Positions 54,958 through 63,022 of a stretch of DNA of 64,000 nt are shown in pieces; positions within the stretch are counted from its first letter, which is position 1, and every line of letters starts with the position of its first letter. The notes beneath the pieces were generated by a model. That model saw only the letters and a program-made list of their open reading frames with translations, was not told the DNA's origin and made no database searches. The position numbers and the translations under genes were made by a program. Source of the DNA: an uncultured Pseudomonadales bacterium (GTDB lineage Bacteria; Patescibacteriota; Microgenomatia; UBA1400; UBA12108); contig CAZGNX010000001.1 of the NCBI GenBank assembly GCA_964527065.1, positions 45 to 64,044 of the forward strand. Reading direction: 5' to 3'.

Positions 54958-55617
54958 ATGGCCTTGCTCAGTATCAAACAATTGAATGTCTGGGTAGGGG
55001 GTAAGCAGGTGCTGAGAGATTTTGACCTCCTGGTAGACAAGGGCGAGGTGCATGCTCTCATGGGTAGTAATGGAAGCGGAAAAAGCAGTTTGGCGAACGC
55101 CTTGATGGGCAATCCAAACTATGGAGTAGAGGGAGGTGTGATTACCTTCGCCGGGGAAGATCTACTGGGAATGACGAGCAATGAGCGTGCGCGGGCAGGG
55201 CTGTATGTAGCTTGGCAAACCCCGGTTATCATACCGGGCGTGTCAGTATTCAGTTTGTGCAAAGCAAGCTATGAGGCGCAGGGGAAGACGATCGGGAAAC
55301 TCACGCAGTTTAAGCAGACTCTAGAAAAGTTGGCAGTACGAGTAGGGCTGACTAAGGAATATGTAGGGAGGGGAGTCAACGAAGGATTCTCTGGTGGTGA
55401 GCGAAAGCGACTCGAACTGTTGCAGCTACTTCTCCTTGCGCCCAAACTTGCCATACTCGATGAGATAGACTCGGGACTTGACGCTCGTGGTGTGAAGATC
55501 CTGACTCAGATTGTGCAGGAGATGAGAGAACAAGGTACGAGTTTCCTCCTCATAACCCACAACAAACGATTACTCGAGTCAGTATTGGTTACAAAAGTAT
55601 GGAAGATTACCAACTAG
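54958..55617 (+). CDS. sufC: Fe-S cluster assembly ATPase SufC
   Basis: Walker A 'GSNGSGKSSL', ABC signature 'FSGGERKR', Walker B 'LAILDEIDSGLD'. Overlaps the sufB start. Confidence 0.85.
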   Translation: MALLSIKQLNVWVGGKQVLRDFDLLVDKGEVHALMGSNGSGKSSLANALMGNPNYGVEGGVITFAGEDLLGMTSNERARAGLYVAWQTPVIIPGVSVFSLCKASYEAQGKTIGKLTQFKQTLEKLAVRVGLTKEYVGRGVNEGFSGGERKRLELLQLLLLAPKLAILDEIDSGLDARGVKILTQIVQEMREQGTSFLLITHNKRLLESVLVTKVWKITN

Positions 55618-58094
55618 GCTTTAGCAGTGAGACAGGGGGCTACGCGTACAAAGCGAAGAAGGGCTTGTCGGAGAGCGTGGTGCGTGAGATCTCGGGACAA
55701 AAACACGAACCAGCATGGATGCTTGATTTACGCCTCGCGGCACTGAATCAATACGAGAGTATGCCGATCCCGCAGTGGGGTGCAGATCTGAGCGCTATCA
55801 ACTGGGACGATATCCACTACTACCTACGCCCAGTTGAAAAAGCGTATAAGAGTTGGGACGAAGTACCTGACTCGGTGCGACAAGTGTTTGATGCGATCGG
55901 AGTGCCTGAGGCTGAGAAGACCATGCTCGCGGGAGTGGGTGGGCAGTATGACAGCGAAGTGATCTACCATTCATTGCAAAAAGTATTGGCCAAGCGGGGG
56001 GTCGTGTTTCTCTCGATGGATGAAGGACTCAAACAATATCCCGAGATTGTTAAAAAATACTTTGGCACTGTCGTGCCATACGGTGACAATAAGCTCGCTG
56101 CGCTCAACGCGGCCGTATGGAGTGGGGGGAGCTTTGTGTATCTCCCAAAAGGAGTGGCGGTGGATCTGCCGCTACAAGCCTATTTCCGTATCAACGCAGA
56201 GAACGCGGGACAGTTTGAGCGAACGTTGATCATCGCGGAAGAGGGATCATCTGCTCACTATGTGGAGGGTTGCAGCGCTCCCGCCTTTACGAGCGCCTCA
56301 CTGCATGCGGCAGTTGTCGAAGTGATAGTGCACGACCGCGCCAAAGTGCGCTACACCACAGTGCAAAACTGGTATAAGACTGTCTACAACCTGGTGACTA
56401 AAAGAGCAAAAGTTGCGAAAGAGGCTAGAATGGAATGGGTGGACTGTAATCTAGGGTGTTTAACTGGCGATACTCAACTGCTCTCTCCATCTGACGGAGT
56501 AGTTAGGATGGACGAAATCAAGATGGGACAGACTGTTTTTGCATACGATTTCGACATATCTCAATTTGTAGAGCGTAAGGTTACTGGCTGGCAAAAAACT
56601 GGACATAGGAAGGTGTGGGGGGTGTTGTTAGAGGGTAGGCGGCTTCGGGCGACAGATAATCATCCATTTCTGGTTTTGGAGAGACAAGATAGGTTAGGAA
56701 GTAAAAGCAATGCCGGTGTTCGTTCTTTTGCCATGCAATGGAAACCACTGCGAGACTTATCTCGAGGAGATATGGTGGCGTATGTAGGAGGATTACCTGA
56801 TCTTGGTAAAACAAGAAAGTTAGAGTTTGAGTTTGTTAGTCGTGGCAGTGGTGGATATGTGAAATACCGTCCTCATTTGCCAAAAAAGACTAACGAAGAG
56901 TTGTTGTGGTTGCTCGGTGCGTATTTGGGCGATGGATATATGGAACGAGATTCCAAGACTAAAAGATTGCGAAGAGTTTACTTTGCTGTGCCTCCCAAAG
57001 ATAAAGCGCGTCAAAGATTAATTGATACACTTAACAAGTTATTTGGGGACGTGGTGACCACTAAGGGTATATGCGTGACGATTAACTCGACGGCGATAGC
57101 ACAGTTTTTTGAGTATCTGGGAATGAAGGGAAATGCTCATACAAAGCGCGTGCCTTCGTGGGTATTTACCTTGCCGTTTCAAGAACGGTTGGCCTTGCTT
57201 GAAGGATGCTTGGATACAGATGGCAACGTGCGGCGACTGACCCACCAAATAACCTTTACAAGCGCAGGGAAAGACTTGATGCTTGATCTACAGCAGTTGG
57301 CTATAAGTTGTGGACTCAAGATATACAAAATTCGCAAGCAGACCTTAGTTAGAACTCTGCCGCTTGGTAAAGAGCAAAAAGAATATACTTCGTATCAATT
57401 TTGCCTCTCAAACAGTGATTTAGGAGCCCTCAGGAGTCATCGAGTCAATAGTACAAGCAGATTGGTTTTTGCTCGCGTAACCAGTGTTGAAGTGATTGGA
57501 GAAGAGGATGTATACGACATTGAGGTAGAAGGGTCGCATAATTTTGTAGCTAACGGGATAGTCGTTCATAACAGCAAGGTCACCATGAAGTATCCCTCAT
57601 GCTTACTAGAAGGTGATAGAGCACATGGGGAGATGCTCTCGATTGCGGTGGCAGGAGTGGGCCAGCATCAAGATGCAGGTGCCAAGATGATCCATATGGC
57701 GCCCAACACCACGAGCAAAATCACCAGTAAGTCGATTAGTCGGGGCGGGGGGCGCAGTAGTTATCGGGGGCAAGTGAAGATCATTCCCACAGCCACAGGG
57801 TCGAGGAGCAAGGTGGTATGTGACGCGCTCATAATGGACGCGCAGAGCCGCTCCGATACCTATCCGACCAACCAGATTATGACAGGGGAGGCAACGCTCG
57901 AGCATGAGGCATATGTGTCACGGATCGGGGAGGAGCAGATACTCTACCTCATGTCGCGGGGACTAAGCGCCAAGGAAGCGGAGGGGATGATTATTCGTGG
58001 GTTTATAGAGCCAGTGATACAGGAGCTGCCGATGGAGTATGCGGTGGAGCTTAATCGTCTCGTGAAACTTGAAATGACAGGATCTGTAGGATGA
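55599..58094 (+). CDS. sufB: Fe-S cluster assembly protein SufB interrupted by an intein with LAGLIDADG homing endonuclease
   Basis: N-extein ends '...EWVDCNLG'. Intein starts 'CLTGDTQLL' and ends 'VVHN'. C-extein begins 'SKVT...' and carries SufB C-terminal motifs ('MSRGLSAKEAEGMIIRGF'). Exteins total ~459 aa. Confidence 0.9.
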   Translation: MEDYQLGFSSETGGYAYKAKKGLSESVVREISGQKHEPAWMLDLRLAALNQYESMPIPQWGADLSAINWDDIHYYLRPVEKAYKSWDEVPDSVRQVFDAIGVPEAEKTMLAGVGGQYDSEVIYHSLQKVLAKRGVVFLSMDEGLKQYPEIVKKYFGTVVPYGDNKLAALNAAVWSGGSFVYLPKGVAVDLPLQAYFRINAENAGQFERTLIIAEEGSSAHYVEGCSAPAFTSASLHAAVVEVIVHDRAKVRYTTVQNWYKTVYNLVTKRAKVAKEARMEWVDCNLGCLTGDTQLLSPSDGVVRMDEIKMGQTVFAYDFDISQFVERKVTGWQKTGHRKVWGVLLEGRRLRATDNHPFLVLERQDRLGSKSNAGVRSFAMQWKPLRDLSRGDMVAYVGGLPDLGKTRKLEFEFVSRGSGGYVKYRPHLPKKTNEELLWLLGAYLGDGYMERDSKTKRLRRVYFAVPPKDKARQRLIDTLNKLFGDVVTTKGICVTINSTAIAQFFEYLGMKGNAHTKRVPSWVFTLPFQERLALLEGCLDTDGNVRRLTHQITFTSAGKDLMLDLQQLAISCGLKIYKIRKQTLVRTLPLGKEQKEYTSYQFCLSNSDLGALRSHRVNSTSRLVFARVTSVEVIGEEDVYDIEVEGSHNFVANGIVVHNSKVTMKYPSCLLEGDRAHGEMLSIAVAGVGQHQDAGAKMIHMAPNTTSKITSKSISRGGGRSSYRGQVKIIPTATGSRSKVVCDALIMDAQSRSDTYPTNQIMTGEATLEHEAYVSRIGEEQILYLMSRGLSAKEAEGMIIRGFIEPVIQELPMEYAVELNRLVKLEMTGSVG
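56457..57572 (+). mobile_element. SufB intein (372 aa) with Hint block A/B and G residues plus LAGLIDADG motifs
   Basis: Cys1 (TGT at 56457-56459), 'ATDNHPFLV' block B (Thr-x-x-His), LAGLIDADG-1 'LLGAYLGDGYM', LAGLIDADG-2 'LLEGCLDTDGNV', terminal 'HN' + Ser(+1). In frame. Confidence 0.8.
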
Positions 58095-58266
58095 AAATAA
58101 TAATGTTGGAGACCCTCCTTAGCTCTATCGAGCTTCGGCGGGGCAAGGTGGTGGGGAGTGTAGGATGATATGCAAATAATCAATAATCAAATTCCAAACA
58201 TCAAACAAATCCAAAATTCTAATTGCCAAAAGTTTAATTATTTTGTTATTAATTATTGTTTGAATA

Positions 58267-58758
58267 TTGGTTATTGTTGATTGGATGTTTATGAAACGAG
58301 AAGTAGTCAAAATAAGTAATCCAGGTGTATATAACTTTGTTGTGAATTTTGACAGAGTAGGTCAGGAGATAGAGTGGGTGGGGATAGTTGATGGGAGAGA
58401 ACCAGGTGAGTATGAGCTACGAGTGACAGCTGACCACAGCGCAGTAGGCACCAGCGGGCGGATCACTGTGCGGGGTGTGGCGGGGCCAGGATCGGTCGTG
58501 AAAGTGTATGGCATGATTAAGATCTACAATGTGGCACAGAGGACCGACGACTTCCTCGAACTGCGCGTGCTGACGCTTGATAAAACCGCGCGGGCGGTGG
58601 CAGAGCCCATGCTTGAAATTGAAGCCAATGATGTGAAAGCGTCGCACGCGGCCAGTGTGGGAATGGTAGATAAAGAACAGGTACTCTATCTAATGAGTAG
58701 AGGATTGAGTGAGGGCAAGGCCCAGGATGAAATAGTACGGGGATGGTTGAGCGTATAA
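58267..58758 (+). CDS. sufD: minimal SufD-like protein (SufBD C-terminal domain only)
   Basis: 163 aa (start may be Met at 58285/58291). C-terminal 'VDKEQVLYLMSRGLSEGKAQDEIVRGW' parallels the SufB C-terminus. Confidence 0.55.
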   Translation: MVIVDWMFMKREVVKISNPGVYNFVVNFDRVGQEIEWVGIVDGREPGEYELRVTADHSAVGTSGRITVRGVAGPGSVVKVYGMIKIYNVAQRTDDFLELRVLTLDKTARAVAEPMLEIEANDVKASHAASVGMVDKEQVLYLMSRGLSEGKAQDEIVRGWLSV

Positions 58759-59993
58759 TCACTACTATGATTGATCCAAAGGTAGTTAAGAAAGATTTTC
58801 CAATTCTTTCGCGCGAAATAAATGGTAAGCCACTGGCGTATCTCGATAGTGGAGCGACGAGTCAGAAGCCGAGACAAGTATTGGATGCTGAGCGAAGTTA
58901 CTACGAACAGCACAACGCTAATGTACATCGCGGAGCTCATACGCTTGGAGATGAATCGACTAAGGTGTATGAAGAAGCACGGCACAAAGTGGCACATTTT
59001 ATCGGTGCTCCACGAGTAGAAGATGTTATATTTGTCCGTAATACCACGGAAGCAATTAATCTGGTTGCGTGTGCATGGGGAGTGGATAACATCAAAAAAG
59101 GTGATGTGGTGATATCAACTCTCATGGAGCACCATGCCAACATGGTGCCGTGGCAAGAAGTAGTGCGAGGGCTTGGGGCACGACTTGAACTGATAGGATT
59201 GACTGAGGACGGACAGCTCGATATGGGTGACTACAAGGCAAAGCTCAAACTAAAACCGAAGATGGTGGCGTTTACCCATGTGTCAAATGCGCTGGGCACC
59301 ATTAACCCAGTGGTGGTAATGACAAAATTAGCACACAGAGTAGGGGCACTAGTCCTGATTGACGGAGCTCAGGCGGTGCCGCATATGCGGGTGGATATCA
59401 AGGCAATTGGGTGTGACTTTTATGCATTCTCTGGTCATAAAATGCTTGGTCCAATGGGGATCGGGGTCTTGTGGGGGAGAAAAGAGCTACTTGAGAAGAT
59501 GTCTCCATTCCTTACGGGAGGTGGGATGATCAGCGAGGTCTACACTGACCACGCCACGTGGGCGGAGCTGCCTGACAAGTTTGAAGCTGGGACACCAAAC
59601 GTAGCAGGGGCGGTAGGACTGGCGGCTGCGATAGACTACCTCGAAAAACTGGGATTAGAAAATGTGAGGGAGCATGACAAAATGATTGTCAAATATGCAC
59701 TGCAGGAACTTTGCAAGGTACGGAACCTTGTAATACTTGGACCTACGGATTCGAGCGTGAGATCGGGATCTGTGAGCTTCACCTACACTGGCGTACATGC
59801 GCATGATGTGGCGACCATCCTGGACTCGGAGGGGGTGGCAATCCGGTCCGGCCACCACTGCACGATGCCACTCCACAACCACATGCATGTGATGGCCTCG
59901 ATCCGCGCAAGTTTTAATGTGTATAGCACCAAGGAGGATATAGATCAGCTGGTAAGGGCACTCGCAAAAGTTAAAGCAGTTTTCAAGAAATAG
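58743..59993 (+). CDS. sufS: cysteine desulfurase SufS (class V aminotransferase)
   Basis: 'NANVHRGAHTLG', PLP-lysine 'FSGHKMLGPMGIGVLWG', active-site Cys 'RSGHHCTMP'. Confidence 0.9.
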   Translation: MVERIITTMIDPKVVKKDFPILSREINGKPLAYLDSGATSQKPRQVLDAERSYYEQHNANVHRGAHTLGDESTKVYEEARHKVAHFIGAPRVEDVIFVRNTTEAINLVACAWGVDNIKKGDVVISTLMEHHANMVPWQEVVRGLGARLELIGLTEDGQLDMGDYKAKLKLKPKMVAFTHVSNALGTINPVVVMTKLAHRVGALVLIDGAQAVPHMRVDIKAIGCDFYAFSGHKMLGPMGIGVLWGRKELLEKMSPFLTGGGMISEVYTDHATWAELPDKFEAGTPNVAGAVGLAAAIDYLEKLGLENVREHDKMIVKYALQELCKVRNLVILGPTDSSVRSGSVSFTYTGVHAHDVATILDSEGVAIRSGHHCTMPLHNHMHVMASIRASFNVYSTKEDIDQLVRALAKVKAVFKK

Positions 59994-59994
59994 T

Positions 59995-60372
59995 ATGGAT
60001 TTGTACAAAGAAGAAGTGATGGATCACTATAATAACCCGAGGAACCGGGGGAAGCTCTCGGGTGATGATGTGGTGACAGGCAAGGAAAATAACGCTAGTT
60101 GTGGGGATATGGTCGAGTTCTATCTCAAGATCAAAGAGGGGAGGATAGTTGAAGTGAAGTGGGAGGGGGCAGGATGTGCCATTACGACAGCGAGTGCGAG
60201 CAAGCTGAGTGAGTATCTGCATGGTCGATCCCTCAAGGAGTTGCAGAAAATGGATGAGAAGGGGTTGGCGAGAGAGGGAGTGGGATTTGAGGTGAATGCA
60301 GGGAGAAGCAAGTGTTTAATGTTGCCAGTTACAGCAGTGGAGAAGCTTTTGACCCACACGCCAAAAATTTGA
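59995..60372 (+). CDS. sufU: SufU/IscU-like Fe-S scaffold / sulfur acceptor
   Basis: 'MDHYNNPRNRG', 'NASCGDMVEF', 'GAGCAI' conserved Cys motifs. Confidence 0.85.
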   Translation: MDLYKEEVMDHYNNPRNRGKLSGDDVVTGKENNASCGDMVEFYLKIKEGRIVEVKWEGAGCAITTASASKLSEYLHGRSLKELQKMDEKGLAREGVGFEVNAGRSKCLMLPVTAVEKLLTHTPKI

Positions 60373-60409
60373 CTTGGCGCTTTGTAGGCTTATTCAGCCA
60401 TATCGCCAT

Positions 60410-61477
60410 TCAGATTTTGACGAGGGGCGACAAAGTTGTATCAGGTTTGTCGAAATTGAGGTTAGGCAGGCGGTCTAGTTTGGCTGAGTTGGCAAAATCT
60501 TGGCGAAGATATTGATAGTAGGCGCTGATGCCGATCATGGCGGCGTTATCGGTGATGAGTTTCTGGGAGTAGGGGATGTGAACAGGGAGACCATATTCTG
60601 CCGCGACGGATCTGGTCAGGGTACGAAGTGCGACATTGGAGACGACTCCACCCCCGAGGAGAATCATGCGCGGTGAGTAGAGATCGATGGCGCGGCGGAA
60701 CCGTTTCATCAGATGCTTAAACACAGCCTTTTGAAAACTGGCGGCAAAGTCGGCGATAAACTCATGGGTTAGCTCGGGTTTTTCTGTTTCGAGAAAATAG
60801 CGGGCTTTGGTTTTTAAACCGGAAAAAGAGAAATTGAGATCTTTGCGCATCGTCATGGGCTCGGGGAGGTGGTACTTGGGGGTGCCCGCCTTGGCCATTT
60901 CTGCCAAGATGGGACCGCCAGGGTAGCCAAGCAGCAACATGCGGGCGACTTTGTCGTAGGCCTCCCCGGCCGCATCGTCGAGTGTCTCACCCAAAAGTTC
61001 ATAGTCACCGATGCCTCGCATAAGCACGAGCTGCGTGTGGCCGCCGGAGATGAGGAAGCCGAGCGCGGGGTATTGTGGATTTTTGAGCCCGCGCGTACCC
61101 GTTTTGGCTTGGGCAAAACTAGACAGCAGATGCCCCTCCATGTGGTTGACGGCGATTATGGGAAGGTTATAGCTTTTGGCTAATAGCTTGCAGTAAGCAA
61201 TACCTTGTTCGAGTGAAGGGGCGAGGCCGGGACCTACGGTGACGGCAATGGTGTCCAGATTGGGCGAGCCAGCTTGACGGAGGGCACGGTCGACAACTCT
61301 AGGTAACCATTCTTGGTGCAGCCGCTTGGCAATGTCTGGTACGGTTCCCCCCCAGTCTGCGTGGTAGGACGCTTGGGAGGAGACGATGTTGCTGATGACG
61401 CGCAGCCCGCGCGTGACTGCAGCGCAAGTGTCGTCGAGGCTGGTTTCGATTGCGAGGATGGTTGGGTCGCTTGGCAT
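60410..61477 (-). CDS. tsaD: tRNA N6-adenosine threonylcarbamoyltransferase TsaD (Kae1/Gcp family)
   Basis: ~355 aa from the internal Met ('MPSDPTILAIETSLDDTCAAV'). 'HMEGHLL' metal-binding, 'SGGVVSN'. The ORF extends 50 codons further upstream. Confidence 0.85.
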   Translation of the reverse strand: MPSDPTILAIETSLDDTCAAVTRGLRVISNIVSSQASYHADWGGTVPDIAKRLHQEWLPRVVDRALRQAGSPNLDTIAVTVGPGLAPSLEQGIAYCKLLAKSYNLPIIAVNHMEGHLLSSFAQAKTGTRGLKNPQYPALGFLISGGHTQLVLMRGIGDYELLGETLDDAAGEAYDKVARMLLLGYPGGPILAEMAKAGTPKYHLPEPMTMRKDLNFSFSGLKTKARYFLETEKPELTHEFIADFAASFQKAVFKHLMKRFRRAIDLYSPRMILLGGGVVSNVALRTLTRSVAAEYGLPVHIPYSQKLITDNAAMIGISAYYQYLRQDFANSAKLDRLPNLNFDKPDTTLSPLVKI

Positions 61478-61509
61478 GTCTGGTATTATACCTGTAGAAG
61501 GGAAAATGT

Positions 61510-61875
61510 ATGACTGACTGTATCTTTTGTAAGATAATCGCGGGGGAGCTACCAAGCTACAAGATCTATGAGGACGAGAAATATCTCGCATTCTTGGATA
61601 TCTTTCCTTCTGCCGAAGCCCATACACTGGTGATACCTAAACAACATACGGAGTGGGTTTGGGATCATGATGATGTTGAGGGGTATTTTGCACTGGTGGC
61701 AAAGATAGCGCGGCACTACAGAGAATTGAGTGGCGAGGTGGTGCGCTCAAACATTGATGGATGGCAGGTGCCACATGCACACATTCACCTCAAAATAGGG
61801 AAGGTTAGTGATCCTAACCCAAAGCAGGGTGATCCGGTTAGACTTCAAGCTACTTGTGAAAAATACCGACTTTAG
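61510..61875 (+). CDS. HIT (histidine triad) family protein
   Basis: 'CIFCKIIAGELPSYKIYEDEKYLAFLDIFP' and triad 'HAHIHL'. Confidence 0.8.
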   Translation: MTDCIFCKIIAGELPSYKIYEDEKYLAFLDIFPSAEAHTLVIPKQHTEWVWDHDDVEGYFALVAKIARHYRELSGEVVRSNIDGWQVPHAHIHLKIGKVSDPNPKQGDPVRLQATCEKYRL

Positions 61876-62957
61876 GTCCACTCGGGTATGGAAAGTGAGT
61901 ATTGAATAGTCCTGGTATTTTCGTCTAATTCTTTGATATCGATCAATAAAACTGGATAGTCAATTTTGTATTGATCGAGATAGCTTTTGGCTTTGCCGGC
62001 CCATTCGATTGTGACGATATTTCCCGGTCTAAGCAGCTTGGAGAAGTGTAGCGTGGACTCCAGCTCCGAAATGTCGGCAAGCCGCCAAGTATCGAGATGA
62101 TAGAAAACGCCGGAATATTTGGGTAAGGGAAAAGGATATTCTCTGAGGAGAGTATAGGTGGGTGAGGTGATAGTGTTGGTGATACCAAGTGCTTGAGCGA
62201 TGCCTTTACTAACTACTGTTTTGCCGGCGCCGAGCTCACCCTGAAGAGCAATGATGAGCGGATAGCGGTGGAGGAGATTGAGGTGACGGCTCACTAAGCT
62301 TTTGGCAAACTCCTGGGTTGCAGCGGGTGAGGTGGAGGTAAAGGTGGGAGCAGAAGAGGGAAGAACGAGCTCGCCCTGGCGCAAGATCACTGGATCGTTG
62401 AGGGTCGTGTCGACGACGGTACTGGTCGGGCGCTCCAGGAGCTTGCCAGCATCGAGAAAAAGGGCGACCATGTGTTGTTTGCTCTTGCTTGTATATTTTT
62501 GCCAGTCGGTGAGGCTATATGGCTCTTTTTTACCACTGGTATTGGCGCTTGTAGCCGTGATAGGTTTTCCATACACTTGGATAAGCTCAAGTGCAAAGTC
62601 ATGCTTAGGAATACGGACACCGAGCGTGCCGGTTGTGGATTCCAGACGCTGATCTACGGCGTGTTTTGACTCTGAAATGACCGTGATGGGGCCAGGGAGG
62701 AAGTGAGTGTAGAGATTGTCTGCTATCTCATTGATCAATACATATCGTTGTGCCATTGCACGGTCTGCGACCGCAATCGACACTTGGCGGTGGCGGTCAC
62801 CTTTGTAGGCGAGGAGATTGGAGACGGCATTGTTATGAGTGGCATCCACGGCAATACCGTAGCAAGTTTCGGTAGGGTAGATCACTAGCTCGCCACGAGA
62901 CAATGCCAAACATGCAGAATCGATGGCGGAGGGATTGTCAGTTTGGATAATTTGCAT
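61872..62957 (-). CDS. fused TsaC/Sua5 (YrdC domain) - TsaE (P-loop) t6A biosynthesis protein
   Basis: N-terminus: YrdC motifs 'YPTETCYGI', 'LPGPITVI', 'GVRIPKH', 'TSANTSG'. C-terminus: TsaE 'ALQGELGAGKTVVSKGIAQALGI', 'TSPTYTLLREY', 'YHLDTWRL', 'IEWA'. Confidence 0.75.
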   Translation of the reverse strand: MQIIQTDNPSAIDSACLALSRGELVIYPTETCYGIAVDATHNNAVSNLLAYKGDRHRQVSIAVADRAMAQRYVLINEIADNLYTHFLPGPITVISESKHAVDQRLESTTGTLGVRIPKHDFALELIQVYGKPITATSANTSGKKEPYSLTDWQKYTSKSKQHMVALFLDAGKLLERPTSTVVDTTLNDPVILRQGELVLPSSAPTFTSTSPAATQEFAKSLVSRHLNLLHRYPLIIALQGELGAGKTVVSKGIAQALGITNTITSPTYTLLREYPFPLPKYSGVFYHLDTWRLADISELESTLHFSKLLRPGNIVTIEWAGKAKSYLDQYKIDYPVLLIDIKELDENTRTIQYSLSIPEWT

Positions 62958-63022
62958 GAGGTGGATTATACAAGGTAGGATGAAAGCATATGCACAAAAT
63001 TGTTTTCCCTCATCTCAGCAGT

